Assembly (NCBI GenBank): GCA_002189035.1
Contig: NEEC01000016.1
Span: 2,232,001 to 2,296,000, forward strand
Source of the DNA: Utricularia gibba
Taxonomy: Eukaryota > Plantae > Magnoliophyta
Direction: 5' to 3'
Length of the DNA: 64,000 nucleotides
Shown piece after piece: positions 22,701 through 36,659 of the stretch. How positions within the stretch are numbered: the first letter of the stretch is position 1; each line of letters opens with the position of its first letter. The position numbers were made by a program, and so were the translations under genes. The notes below the pieces were generated by a model. The model made no database searches and was not told where the DNA came from. It saw only the letters and a list, made by a program, of their open reading frames with translations.

Positions 22701-25056
22701 CCAACGGGTAAATTTTTTATGCTATCTTGCATAGAAGCATAGTAATTAAAACTTCAAAATGTCCCGGTGACTTGTTTTTCAGATCAGACTTGGTTCTCAG
22801 TACTACTTTTATGTGGAAACTCAGACTGCACTCGCCGTTCCAGATGAAGATCACTCTATGGTGGTTTACACTTCCATTCAATGCCCTGAGAATGCACATA
22901 GAGCAATTTCAAAATGCATTGGTGTTCCTGATCATAATGTTCGTGTTATAACAAGAAGAGTTGGTGGGGGCTTCGGTGGAAAAGCTCTGAAAGCAATGCC
23001 AGTGAGTGTGCTTACCAACTTTCTTATTCACCCTTGGATTGTATATGATGCATCCATAAGGACCACAGTGCCCGTATATGATAATTGAAAATGCCACTTC
23101 ATTAAGTGGTTAATGATCATGAAGTTCCTGTTCTTGTTTTATTCAGCACTGGAATTAATCTTAAGTTCATGATTTCAGATTGCCACAGTGTGCGCTCTTG
23201 CAGCTCATACGCTTCACCGTCCAGTCCGCATATATCTAGACAGAAAAACAGATATGGTAATTGCTGGTGGAAGGCATCCTATGAAAGTAACATACACGGT
23301 TGGATTCAAGCTAGATGGGAAGATAACAGCCTTGCACCTAGACATCCTGATCGATGCTGGGATTACTCCTGATATAAGTCCGGCAATTCCGAATAACATG
23401 ATTGCTGCTGTCAAAAAGTACAACTGGGGAGCTCTGTCATTCGACGTGAAAGTGTGCAAAACAAACCGTTGCAGCAAATCAGCCATGCGTGGCCCTGGAG
23501 AAGTCCAGGGATCTTATATTGCCGAGGCAATAATTGAACACGTAGCTTCGGTGTTGTCCTTGGAAGCTGACAGTGTGAGGACTAGAAACTTGCACACACA
23601 CGCCAGCCTGAGAATGTTTTATAGGAGTTGCTCTGAGGATCCCTTGGAGTATACATTGGTTTCTATTTGGGACAAGGTTGCAAGATCAGTGCAGTTTGAA
23701 AAACGACAAACAATGATACGAGAGTTCAACAACTCCAGTATTTGGCGCAAAAGGGGCATTTCAAGAGTGCCTGTAGTGTATGAATTGACAGTGAGGCCAA
23801 CTCCAGGGAAGGTGAGCATACTCACGGATGGATCCGTTGTAGTGGAAGTGGGAGGAATAGAACTGGGTCAGGGGCTCTGGACAAAGGTTAGACAGGTTGC
23901 TGCTTATGCTCTGAGTGCAATAGCTTGTGATGGCACAGAAGACTTGGTGGACAAAGTACGAGTTGTCCAGGCAGACACTCTGAGCTTAATACAGGGTGGC
24001 TTCACCGCTGGAAGCACAACTTCTGAGTCTAGTTGCGAAGCTGTTAGATTATGTTGCAATGTTTTGGTAGAACGCCTGGCACCTCTAAAGGAAAAGCTGC
24101 AAGAGAAAATGGGTACGGTCACCTGGGATGCTCTCGTTCTCCATGTGAGCACTTTTTTTTTTTTTCTCGTTTATTAGCATAATGAAAGCCATTGAAGAGA
24201 AATCCATTCTGCTTACATAGGCATGCTATCAAAGCATTAACTTGGCGGCGAATTCAATGTTTCTTCCTGATCCAGATTCAACAAAGTACTTGAACTTTGG
24301 CGCTGCAGTAAGTGAGGTGAGATGATATATCTTTTAACTCCTTCAAACAGTGAAGGCACTTGGATCGGCATTGTTCATGGGCGATTCCATTTGTTGCAGG
24401 TGGAGGTAAACATTCTGACCGGTGAAACTACATTTCTGAGTACAAGCATCGTCTACGATTGCGGTCAGAGCATGAACCCAGCAGTGGATATAGGCCAGGC
24501 ACGTTTTCATTTATCTGCAACTAATTGGGTAGCAGAAGAAACAACGAATTGCTACTTCACCCGTGCAGATTGAGGGAGCATTCGTACAAGGGATCGGATT
24601 TTTCATGCTCGAAGAATATAACTCCAACGGCGATGGTCTAGTAGTCGCCGACGGCACCTGGACATACAAAATCCCAACTATGGACACAATACCAAAGCAG
24701 TTGGATGTGGAACTGATCAACAGTGGGCGTCATCGGAGACGTGTTCTCTCATCCAAGGGTTAGTGGATACTGCTGCCTTGTTTATGGTTAGCGGTTAGAG
24801 CATGAAGCTTTTCACTCGCTGTGCAGCTTCAGGCGAGCCACCGCTGCTCCTGGCGGCGTCGGTCCACTGCGCAACAAGAGCTGCCATCACAGCGGCACGA
24901 CAACAGCTCAGGTCTTGGGGCGCCCTGGAAGGCACAGATCCGACGTTCCAGCTCGAGGTTCCGGCGACCATGCCGGCCGTCAAGAAGCTGTGTGGCCTGG
25001 ATGCTGTGGAGGCATACTTGCTATCTCAGCGAGAGCTGTTGTCATCCTCGTCCTAG
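19754..25056 (+). CDS. AAO: Aldehyde oxidase (molybdo-flavoenzyme), 10 exons: 19754-19901, 20272-21942, 22127-22377, 22463-22672, 22783-23001, 23179-24144, 24221-24316, 24400-24498, 24569-24758, 24827-25056 (1359 aa)
   Basis: [2Fe-2S] motifs KLGCGEGGCGAC, QCGFCTPGMC and NLCRCTGYRP; FAD region RNAGSLGGN; Moco region RRVGGGFGGKA, AMRGPGEVQGS, GGIELGQGLWTKV and SKASGEPPLLL. Exon lengths sum to 4080 nt in one open frame. Intron 8 has a GC donor. Confidence 0.96.
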
Positions 25057-26482
25057 TCAATCACATGTGCGCACTGCTGTGCAATAAAAGTGTCAAATTT
25101 TGGATTAGGAAACGCACCGTTTGAAATCCAAAGTGTTTAGGCAATGTTCCATGTGCACAAACTTTTGTCAAGATATAACTTGAATTATTCTACCATCAAC
25201 ATCCACAAGGACGACGAGCTGTCCTCTTGGAGTTTGATAGAAGTCATAGTTTTAAGAAAGTTGGTGAGCTTTCATGACATAAAACATACATGATTTTTTG
25301 CAATTTACAAGCTTTTTGTCATAACCAGCTTTTAGGGCTCGGGAAAATGAGTCATGACCACTCTATCGTAACTAAAAACTATAACTCAAGGTGTATCTCA
25401 TAACGCGATCCATTAATATCAAAATATGTAAATACATATGTGAGATTTCAAAACAAGAATTGAAATAAGAGAAAAAAAAAAAGGTAAACTAGAGAAATAT
25501 CAGACACTCAATCATGACCAATCAGAAAGCGTCATATGTTTTAAGAAGCTAATGACAACAGAGATAAAACATGCAGTATAGCCAATTGGAAAGCACCATG
25601 TGTTTCAATATGGTGTTAACATGTGTTTCATGCATAATAATAAAGTGCCATGTATTTTTGATTGTGGTGACGTATATTTCTTTTAGAGGAATTATAGATA
25701 AGCATAACAAATGTTATAAAAAGAAGATAGAGGAAAGGAAAAAAAGATTAAAAAGGAGGAAAACATGAGGGATCAAAGGTGGATCCGCTAATAGTGATAT
25801 CATAGAGACACTTTGTATCATTGTGTAGTAGTGCCAAAATCACATAACTTTACAAGCTCATATCAAAGACGTTTACCAAAGAGTTGGCTTTGGAAGAGCT
25901 GATTTAGACAAGGGTAAGTGGGATGATGTGTTCTGAATTTTATGCTCTATGTTCTACATGCAAATATGTGCTTACGTGATTGTCTACGTGTTTCATGGTT
26001 TTGACTATGATTCATGAGGTATGCTTAACGTCACTTTTGCATCTTTATATTTTGATTATGTCTCAAAAGAATTTATCAATTTGGAGATGAGAGCAAGAAG
26101 TTATGAGTTTATTTTTAAAACTTTTGAAATCTACCGAGTACTGGAAACTGGTTTTTGAGTCTAACTTCAAGATTTTGTAACTTTCTATTACATACTCAAA
26201 TTTCTGTGATTTTTGTTACTAGAGAAAGCCCTGATCCTTAATTTTCAAATGATATATTTGATAATTTAAAATAAGGAAAAGTCCATGAGATATGACATGA
26301 CATTCATGTGTATCGTAATGTGTTATGAGATTGAGGTGCAATGCTTTGAAGTATAAAACTTATGGAGGAGCTGTGAATGCACACTTCTATATGTCAAGCA
26401 TGCTTGAGGTAACTCCTATTGGAATTTTAGCCACCAGATGGTATGCAATTGAAGAATTGAAATGGAAAAAGGGTAAAGAGGC

Positions 26483-27351
26483 TAAGGTTGTGCAAAATTA
26501 ATAGAATTTCAAATATTGAACTGAATTTTATGTTATTTGGTATTTGGAATTCAGTATTCGGTATTTGGTATATACTTTGTAGATTATTCTTAAAAAATTT
26601 GGATTTTGGTTTGGTATTTGAAATAGGAAATATAATTTGGTATATACCGAATAAGCCAAAGGTTTTATATTATTATTTAAATATATATTCTTTAATATGT
26701 AATATATTATATATTTTAGAATTATTAGGGTTCTGTCCTTTTTAGGAATCATGCCATCGCTATTCTTCGTTCTTGAATACACTTTGGCTTTAAGAAATCT
26801 GGTCCAAATTCAACCACCACCATTCTTCTCTACCATGGATCATGATTCAACTCAGCCACTATCCATTAAGCAATCTTTTAATCACCCACCTCCTCCACCA
26901 CTTTTTGGGCAATCTGCAACAGCTTTAGTGTCTACTATTGGTAGATCTAGTGGGAAGAAGAGAAAACAAATGACTTTGAGATCAACTTTATGGTTTGATT
27001 ATGAAAGATTTGAAGGTTCTGATGGATCAATGAAGGCCCCAAGTAAGGCATGTGGACTTGAAATAAGAGCTAATACTACGAATGAGACGTCTACACTGAA
27101 GAGTCATAATAAAACTTGCAAGAAAAGGATACAACCTACTAATACTAATTCAAAGCAAACACTTATCACATTCAATTCTAGAGTCAATTCTAATATGACT
27201 ACTATCAGGTGCTATGCAGAAACTATTAGAAAGACTTTGATACAATTAATAATATCTGCCGAGCTTCCTTTTTCATTTGTTTCAAGGCCTGAATTTGCCT
27301 ATTCTATGTCTATTGTTTGTCCTAAGTTTAAAGTTTCTTCAAGATGGACAA
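26483..27351 (+). mobile_element. hAT element 5' part: subterminal repeats and degenerate BED-finger transposase N-terminus
   Basis: Repeated (T)TTGGTAT/TTCGGTAT motifs at 26.53-26.66 kb. ORF 26751 reads RSTLWFDYERF...KAPSKACG...TSTLKSHNKTC and AELPFSFVSRPEF...PKFKVSSRWTI. Possible terminal inverted repeat (TIR) TAAGGTTGTGCA at 26483; its partner was not found. Confidence 0.75.
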
Positions 27352-30300
27352 TTTCCTTCGAGCAATACAGCATAGGTCGCAACACAAATCCCAAGGAGCC
27401 GAATATGAACAGTGTAGTGGTAGAGGAGGAGGCAGAAGTCTGAAAAGGAGTACACAAAAAATCCAAGGAAGAGAAAAAGAGGAATCTTGGATAAAAAAGG
27501 AGGACAAGATGAGAGAGAAAAAGATCTTCCCCATTGGAGACTCATGACATTTTTTCCGGAGAAGGATTTGGGGGGAGGGGGGGGGAGGAAGGGGGACGAC
27601 GACCCTAAAGAACCAGTTTCTCTTTGAAGATTTATTTTCGTTCTTGATGTATACTGTTCCTAGCTAAGACTAGTTTTAGATTTACTGCGTGAACAATTTG
27701 TCTTTTCTATTTCTGTTATGCACTGCTTATTGTTGTTTAACTTTGAGACCAGAATGTTACTTAGGATATACTATGAAAACGTTTTCCTTTCCGTTGTTAT
27801 GAGTGGCTAAGCACTTAGGGGTGCCTTGGGGTGAAAGGGGGAAAGATGTGCTAATCAATCTTTAGACCTAATCAACCATAACTCATGTCACTTTCTTAAC
27901 AAACTAGGATAGACCAAGGAGGGGGAAGTAGTGAAACCCAACTTACCAACCCTAATTACAAGTAGACAAAAGATTAGGGGGAAAATAAAAATCCGGGTAA
28001 ACCTAGATTTTTGTGTGTTAGTTGTATGATTTATGGTTTGCGTGAGCTTGTTTAGTGATAAGCATACATCCCCTAGGAGTCCCAAGGCATCACCCATTTC
28101 ATCTTAAAAACAACCGAGTTCCAAAACTTGTTACTTTTCTTTACTATATTTTATCACAACTTTGCCTTGGTCCTAGTTAAGACCAAATCTATTAATGTGA
28201 CACTTATTTCATGCATTGACTTTCACATAACAAGCACCTATCTCCTTGTGTTCGACCTTAGTCCACTATGCTTATTTTTTACATATGATTTGAGGTGAAT
28301 TAGGTTTATAAATTTTATTTGATAGAAGAGATTTGCAAATTAACGACTTTGCACTAATTTTTCATTTATCAAATTGGCACTGTTTTCGGGGAGCGGTGTT
28401 TAATTGTTTTGTGATTCGGTTAATGCATTTGTGTTCTTCTGGTGCAGGTGATCTTGTTTTCTACCCAAAAATCGAGAGACCTATCAGCAAGAACCGCACA
28501 AGAGTGAAAGAAGCAGCAAGGTTGAGCAGACTCCCTACTATAACTCAAGCTAATTTCATTATGGCAGAACAGGAGAAGACCCTAAATGAGCTTGATGTAG
28601 CTGACCACACGTACAGAGGGCTGTGTATTAGGTTCTCTGATGACACAGCCAACGAATTAAAGCCAGCTATGATTAATTTTCTGCCCAAGTATTGTGGGAA
28701 AGTGGGTGAAAACCCACATGAACATCTTGATAATGTCACTGCTGTTTGCACCTCTTTTAAGAGTGCTGGGATGACTAAGGATGCCATCTCTTTGAGGGCA
28801 TTCCAATTCACATTGGAAGGAAGTGCAAAAACGTTGTTCAACGCTTTGAAGCTTGAGAGCATCATAGATTGGAGTGGTATGAAGAAGGTATTCTTGAGTA
28901 AATATTTCCCTGCTTCAAAAGCTGAAGGAATAAGGAAGGAAATCAATGACATTGAGCAGCAAATGGTGAATCTTTGCATGAATATTGGGAGCGTTTTAAT
29001 CAGCTGCTAGGATCCTGCCCACACCTCGAATTTTAGACCAATGCATTGGTCAAATATTTTTATGATGGTCTTCTATGCACATATAAAGCCATGGTGGATT
29101 CTGCAGCACGTGGCTTTTTGAGAAAAAAGACTCCCACGGAAGCTCTTGCATTACTTGAGGAGTTGGCTGAGCATTTCAGACATATTATCAGAAAATAAGC
29201 CTCAAACAGAAGGGTTTATGAGCTAGAATGCAAGCCAGAGTCATCAGAAAGTGAGTTGAAGAAGAATGTGGCAGCCATGTTTGAGATGATGAAGGAGTTA
29301 TTTTTATTCCAAGTTAAAATATGCCTTGTGGGAATTGCCACAGAATGGGACACATTGCTGATAAATGTCCCGAATTGATGGAGGAAGAACATGTGAAAGC
29401 AATGGGATATTTGGAGCCACAAAGGAAGAAATATGATCCTTATTTGAACACCTACAATCCTGGATGAAGGGACATCCAAATTTTAGATGGAGTAACAATG
29501 AAAATTCTTACAAGGGTGAGAGTTCATTTGCTGGACAGTAAGGATTTCAGCAAAATTTCCAGGAGCAGCAACAACGTTCTTATCAAGCTCCATGATTTCG
29601 CAAGCCAAACCAGTAGATGCAACAACAATTTCAGCCTCCAAACCAGAATCCCGACTCTGGGGGAGGACAAAATATCAGCACAATGACATTGAGAAGCAGG
29701 AAAGAAAAGCCTGGAAGAGAATTAGTCCAACCTAAGAGTAATTTAGCGACGGGAGAAGAGTATGAAGTTGAGGTGGAAGGAGATGCTGAAGAACAAGAGG
29801 TGGAGATTGCTACTGAGCCTCTTGTGGTAAAAGTAACCTCCCCACCATTTCCAGGAAGGTTGAAGGCAAGAGAAGAGAAAAATGAAAAAGAAAAATATTG
29901 AGAGCTTTAGGTAATACCCAATTAAACTTGACTCTTCTTGAGTACACTGACTTGGTGCCCAAAAGCATGAAATACCTGAAGTAGCTCTTTATGTCAAAGC
30001 CAAAACTGAAGAAAAAAGGCAAGGTGAAGCTGAGTGAAAGTTTCTCAGCCCTTTTGACTTGGAAGCTACCTAAAAAACGCAAGGATCCTGGAACATTTTT
30101 TATTCCTTGCAAAATAGGTGACTGGAACATCAGGAGAGCAATGGCTGACCTGAGAGCCTCCATAAACGTGATGTCATTTTCTGTGTAAGACACTCTCAAG
30201 TGAGGACCTTTACAAGCCTTAGGAGTGCAAATTGAGTTTGCTGACCGAAGAGTTATTTCTCCAAAAGGCTTGGTTGAAGATGTTCTAGTGAAGATTGAGC

Positions 30301-31288
30301 AGCTAGTGTTTCCAGCAGACTTTTATGTGGTGAATATGCCTGCTGGAAGTTCAAGGGATACAACCATCATCCTTGGAAGACCATTCTTGAGCACTTCCAA
30401 TGCCATAATCAATGTGAAGATGGGCACAATTGAATTATCCTTTGATGAAGAAAAGATTATGCTGGACATGAAGGAGGTGAACAATTATCCCAACGATTTT
30501 GAGAGTGTATGCTCAGTGGATGTGATGGATAAATTGATTGAGGAGCATTTCGAGAAGGCCATCCAAGAGAAGGAAGAAGAGCATGAGGAATCATTTTTTG
30601 CAAGAGTGGAACTCAAAAAGGGTCAGAACGGGTGAATGCTATGCAAATCAAGACCCTGGAGGAGAGAACAGTTGAGTTGAAGCCACTGCCCACACACCTG
30701 AAGTACGCATCCTTGGATGAAGAAATGAACAACCCTATTATCATCTCTAATAGTCTTATCTTAGATCAAGAATCGCAACTGCTGGAGGTGCTGATCAGGA
30801 ACAAGAAGGCAATTGGTTGTACTCTTGCAGATATTGAAGGCATCTTTCCTTCTATATGTATGCACAAGATTCTATTAGAAGATGGAGCAAAATCTTTCCG
30901 CCAGCCACAAAGATGACTCAACCCAAATATGATGGAAGTGGTAAAGAAGGAAATTGTAAAACTTAATGATGCAGGTATAATCTACTCCATTACAGACAGC
31001 GAATGGGTGAGTCCAATCCATGTGGTGCCCAAGAAGACTGGTATGACATTGGTGGAGAACAAGAAGGGAGAGCTTGTGTCACAAAGAATCCAAAATGGGT
31101 GGAGAGTGTGCATAGACTATAGGAAATTGAATGAAGTGACCAAGAAAGATCATTACCTTTTACCTTTCATTGATCAAATGCTCGAAAAAGTAGCAGGGAA
31201 ATCTTTTTATTGCTTCGTAGATGGTTATTCTAGATATAACCAGGTTGCAATTTCAGGTATGGATCAAGACAAGACAACTTTTACTTGT
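27352..31288 (+). mobile_element. Athila-like Ty3 fragment: 5'-truncated family A LTR (to 28371), primer-binding site (PBS), gag, protease, partial RT
   Basis: LTR end TTTATCA at 28371, then TTGGCACTGTTTTCGGGGA (degenerate Athila tRNA-Asp-type PBS). gag ELKPAMINFLPKYCG...ENPHEHL; protease AMADLRASINVM and FPADFYVV; RT WVSPIHVVPKK...WRVCIDYRKLN...DKTTFTC, where it breaks off. Confidence 0.9.
27570..27595 (+). repeat. G-run tract inside LTR A (possible G-quadruplex-forming sequence)
   Basis: GGGGGGAGGGGGGGGGAGGAAGGGGG. Confidence 0.45.
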
Positions 31289-32215
31289 CAAACATCTTGA
31301 ATAGTTTTATCAACTTACTTTGAAAGTCTATGCTTCTAACTTTGTCACTGCCAATTGTTTTTTCCATGAGATTACAAAGGTTGATGAAGCTTTACGTGAA
31401 TGACAAAACTCTAGTGATGTGAACTTGGTTGAAATGGCAATAAAAATGGGAGAAAAATATTTGAATTATTGGGGTGATGCCGAAAAGATGAACAAGCTAA
31501 TATTCATTGCTGTTATTTTTTATCCTTGTCAAAAATTTGAGTATTTGGAGTATTGCTTAAATGATATTTATTGTGAAAAGCCAGTTGATATGATTTTTGA
31601 GATTAGAAAAACTCTCTACACTTTATTTGAAGATTATAAAGGGAAGTCGATGACGGAAAATATAGAGGATGTGATTAGCAATAATGCAAGTGATGGTGAT
31701 TGTGGGGACAATGGCCACTTGTGAAAGAAACTTAATAATGGGAGTGACAATGATATCAAATTATTGGAAAGGCTGGATCAATGGAAGAAGAACAAAGGTA
31801 TGGAAGCTAAAGTTGATAGATCAGAATTGAATAAATATTTGAGTGAAGATACAGAAACAGTCAAGGCCAATTCTAAGTTTGATATTTTATCATATTGGAA
31901 AGTAAATGCTCTTAGGTTTCCTGTGCTTGCTCAAATGGCTTGTGATGTTTTATCAGTTCCTATCTCTATTATCGCATCTGAGTCGGCATTTAGTATAGGT
32001 ACCACGTTTTTTTTCATAACCTATTCTAGTTTAATATACAATCTTTCCGTTTTTATTTGATATACGATAGGTGGTTGAATTCTCGATCCTTTTAGAAGTT
32101 CTTTGAGTCCCAAGAGTATAGAATCACTCATATGCACCTAAGATTGGCTTAGAGGATTATATGATCTAGGGAAGACTGAAGAAGATCATTTGGAGCAAGA
32201 GAAATTTGAGAATGG
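31289..32215 (+). mobile_element. hAT transposase C-terminal part with dimerisation domain (degenerate, with an intron ~32000-32069)
   Basis: VTANCFFHEI...EMAIKMGEKYLNYWGDAEKMNKLIFIAVIF and SELNKYLSE...FDILSYWKVNALRFPVLAQMACDVLSVPISIIASESAFS. Confidence 0.85.
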
Positions 32216-35200
32216 TAATTATCACATTATTGATGACATTTTTATAATTATATATTATTATTTTTTGATATTATCTCTCTAAACTAATATTATGTTTATT
32301 AAATCTTATTGTTTCAGAGATAGCGGGAATTTTTTCCATCATTTTGGAGTAGGAAGTTATGAGTTCTTTGTAAAGCCTAAGTTATTGTATTTTATTTTAT
32401 GGAATGAAATTAAGATTTTTTTATCTTTTGAAGTTAAATGTATTTTTAATATATATATTATATTTGAGACATTAATTGTTGATTTGGATTCTAAAGTGAG
32501 TTTAATTTATTAAGATATTATTAATAACTTATGCTAAAAGGCCTTGTAAAGCTATTAAGATACATTAGTAGGCTTTGTAAAGCCTAAGTTATTGAGATAT
32601 TAAGATTTAATTTATAGAATGAAATTAAATTTTAGTTGATTTGGATGGTAAAGTGAGTTTCTAGTCTAACTAAAATTTATAAAAGGCTTCTATTGGTTCC
32701 TAATCTGAAAGCAGAAAACAAAATGTAAATTGAAATTTCAAGTAACAAACATTAGGCATTTCAATAAATCCGAAATTAAACTGAGCAAATATGGATTGAA
32801 ATTCATCTTAAAAATCTGGGTTCTAAGTGTGCATGCTGAAACATCAATGAAGGTGACTTGTCTAATACATTCGGATGATGAAAGTACTTGAACAAGTTAA
32901 ACATTAAAAATAGAAAATGAAAATAGTGCATGAGTCATGAAATAAAAGTGCATAAACTAAGTTTTTAGAAACAAAAAGATAGGTTGTTCAGTGCTTCAGT
33001 TCTAGCGCTCTCTCTTGCTTCTTCTCAAACTACAAGTTCTAAAGCTTCTTACAAATTTTTAAATATGAAAAAAGCAAAACACAAATAAATGTAGTACAAG
33101 TATCGATTTCATGAAGTTGAGTTTTGTGAAAAACATTTTGTGCTAACCTCTTACAAATTGTCATAGGTTTGTAAAAGTGGTTTAATGTACTAAAATATAA
33201 ATTGAAGAATAAGTAATGGACCTTGATTAAACGAAGCAGTTCCAAAGAAAGAGAATCTGTTTCCTTCTTTGTCTCTCCTCACCTTGATTTCATTGGTTTC
33301 TTTCAAATTAATTAGTTATAGAAGTAAGAAATACTCTACTGTCCCTTTAGCTCTTTTATAAGAAAGCATAGGAATAGCTTCATGTAACTCTCTTGGACAA
33401 TTACGAGGACAAGTGGATTGGCACTGATTGCTCTCAAAACCGAACTATATGCATGTGCCTAATTGTTGCCAATGACCAATGGCAGATACGAGGTTACTAC
33501 ACATCCATTAGCAAAGTATCACTATCATAGACAAGTCGCTATCTTCCTCAAACAAACAAGGTTAGAGATGATGCTCTTCATCTTACTCTTTATCAAAATC
33601 TACAAGGACTGGTTAGCTACTCAAGGATCATGACTAAAGCAGTGTTCCGAAATATTTCTAATTCCCGAAAAATATAAAGTAGAAATAGAAATAATTTATA
33701 GAAGTAAGAATGTTGTTACTTTTAATTTTTACTGTTCGTATAACTTGATTTTAGAAATATTTCTACTATAATTAAAAATAGAAATTAATTGTGTTCCGTG
33801 CAAAAATTATTTTTGTTATTTCAAAAGTAGAAATAGTATCCAGAAATATATTTCGAAACACTGCTTAAAAGGTGTTACCAAATGACTATAATATGATGTG
33901 TAGAAATATATGAAATCAAGAAGAAATTCAATGAAATATCAAGACCTTGAAGGAAACTTCATTAATTCTTAAACGCTAAGAAAGTTCAGCCACAAATGGC
34001 CACGGAAACAGAAACTGAAAAACATAAAACTAAAAGTCTTCTTCCTCCCTATGATGAAGAGGAAGAACAAAAGTGATAGTCTTAAATTCAGAGAAAATGT
34101 TTTTCTAAAGTGTTCTAAGTTTGATTTGATTCACATCTCACGTGCATTTAACTCCTCTGCTTCTCTTTCGTCATTTCTTTTATCTTGTTTGCGCAACCAA
34201 CTTTCCCACTCATGCATGGACCCTGAACAGTGTTATTCTTCCACCCATAATATATCTAAATCACATACAAGTGATGAAATGTTAGTGTTTTGTCTCACAA
34301 TTCTTTTGCCATATTCCAAGATTGCTTCTTGTCAATTTTGGGTGAAAATACATGAAAAATAACACAAAAATATATACAAATATAATAACAACACTTTTCT
34401 AATAAATATAATAGTTATTAATATAACTCTTAATTAGGTGACTTAATCCTAAATTAATATATAATAAATACATAATAAATACATAAAAAGTGACATGTAA
34501 TATTATAGGATTTCATAGTATCCGAACCAACATATGTTCAAGCGAAATTCCATTGAGATTTGATAGGTGATGTAATCCACATAAGCTTCTTTTTCCATTT
34601 TTGAAAATTGGATTGTAGATCATTCACTAATTTGTATTTGGGTTGAGCTTGAAAACGCCAAATAACATGATGAAACGTGTTTGATTTTTTCCCCTTTTTA
34701 AGTGGTATCATGATTAGCAATCTAGAAGCACTTGCATCATACCCTTATTCATACAAAATTGTAAAAAAGCCCAAAGTTGGATAATTGAAGCATGGGTGAT
34801 CATGCAAACAAAGTTGAGCAATTAAATGATAAAAGACAAGAGTATAATTCACAACCTTATTCCTAACATTTTTCTTGGTACCAGGTATGCATTTGCTGGA
34901 TTTTCTTATACCTTTGGAATTCCTTTCACTCTATCCAATGACTGCAATCATAGGTATTATTGGTCTTTGATGCACAAATGAATATATCTAATTTTTAATT
35001 GATTTTTGAAAGTAACAATTGACTTGGTCAACTTTTATCTTGTTTCTTTCATAGTCTTCCTTTGATGCTTGCTTCCCACATTAGTAGTACTCACATCAAC
35101 TTCACACTTCTCTGAAATTTCAATGCGACATCATTTATCCATTTGTTCTCTATTTCAAAAATGGATACTACATCATTCAACAATAAACATTCAATAAGGT

Positions 35201-36659
35201 CTCAAATGCACTCTCAATAACAAAAAATAAGTGATTGCACATATAAAAATAAAAAATTCTATAACCTAGCACACATATCAAAACAAAAAAAAATTACTAG
35301 AGCTTATGTGTTCTCCCATTAATTAGCAAACTTATCAAACCAATTGCTGTTATATCTAGCAAGCTTTTGTAAATTATTAAATATTTTTGTTGTGTTCTAA
35401 CATTTCTCACAAACAATATAAATGAATAGTGTGCTATGTTCTAATACAAAACTCAAACCATAAAAATCATCCCCAAATAACCAATAGCAATAAACTTGAA
35501 TAAGCACCTACTTCAGGTAACTTTTACATTTGAATAAACGCTCATTTTGCATATTCCATTTTTCTTATTCATAAGCTCTTAAGAAAAGAAAATTGAGAAA
35601 CATACCACAAAGCTCAACAGTAGAGTGTTTTCATGAGGAAAAACCTAAAAGTAGAAATTTTGGCATTTGATATATATTTATGTAAGTACATTTAAGTAAT
35701 TTCATAATATTTTTCTTTTAATTTATAATTAAGTAACGATTTACCTACTTTTAAAAAAACTCGCAAATAACATATCATTCATGAATTATAGTTAAAAAAC
35801 ACTCATTCAATAAATTTACTACTTATAATTACATTAAGTTGCTTATAAGTAATGTAAAAGACCCCCATAGTACACATATGTGGAAATAACCTATTTTAAA
35901 AACACTATATTTTGGTTAAGTTTTTGAATTTTAATTAAAAAATAAGAAATAATTAAAAATATTTTAATTTTCTCGATTGAATATGAAATTAATGTCACCT
36001 GAAAAGTAAGAAAATTTTGATTGTGCTCGTTCATCGATGGCTGCCCACTATGACGCCGCTCCATGTAGGTCACTATTTAATCCATTGATCCTAAAATATG
36101 GCCACATAAAAAACGTTGTCTCCCTGGAATCAAAAGGATGTGAGTTGCTGTTTTCTACCTTACTCCTCTTCAAAACTTGTAAATAGTAATAAAGTAACTA
36201 TAAATCTTGAATAAGGTGCTATTACATAAAGACTGTAATATAATCACGTGGAGACATACAAAACCCGATCATCTTCAAAGAAGTAGTGGAGATTAACTTG
36301 CAAAACATAGAGTTGGGAGTCTCTCAACATAGAAACATGAGTTTTTAGCCACAAACAACCATAAAAGTAAGGAAACAAAGAAAAGTTCTGCAGGGATAAA
36401 CTAAGTGTGAAACTGAAAACTTAAACTCCCATCTAAAATTGAGAATTGTCCATGTCATCTGAATTTCATGTTCTTTTAATTCTGCAGTAATCTTGAGTGA
36501 CTTGCGACCTCCTACTCTGATGCTGCTACACTAATGATTTTTTTTTTTTGTTAAAAGCTATCATGTACTGCACGTCAAGGCTCATCATTAGACGTCTGTA
36601 GTCTATTAGAAATCAAGGAGAATGTCACTTTGGGAAGATTTGTTTTATTTTGAATTTTT

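Noticed and set aside
25800-26480. Possible LTR remnant downstream of AAO
   Set aside because: The composition is suggestive, but there are no termini, TSD or second copy in the window.
32368-32660. Imperfect ~200-bp duplication (TTTGTAAAGCCTAAGTTATTG...AAAGTGAGTTT)
   Set aside because: Probably ordinary hAT 3' subterminal redundancy; two degenerate copies only.
33000-36600. Short ORFs and coding-looking patches (e.g. 33250-33600, 34051-34362)
   Set aside because: All frames tried have frequent stops and no motif I could recognise. Left unannotated.
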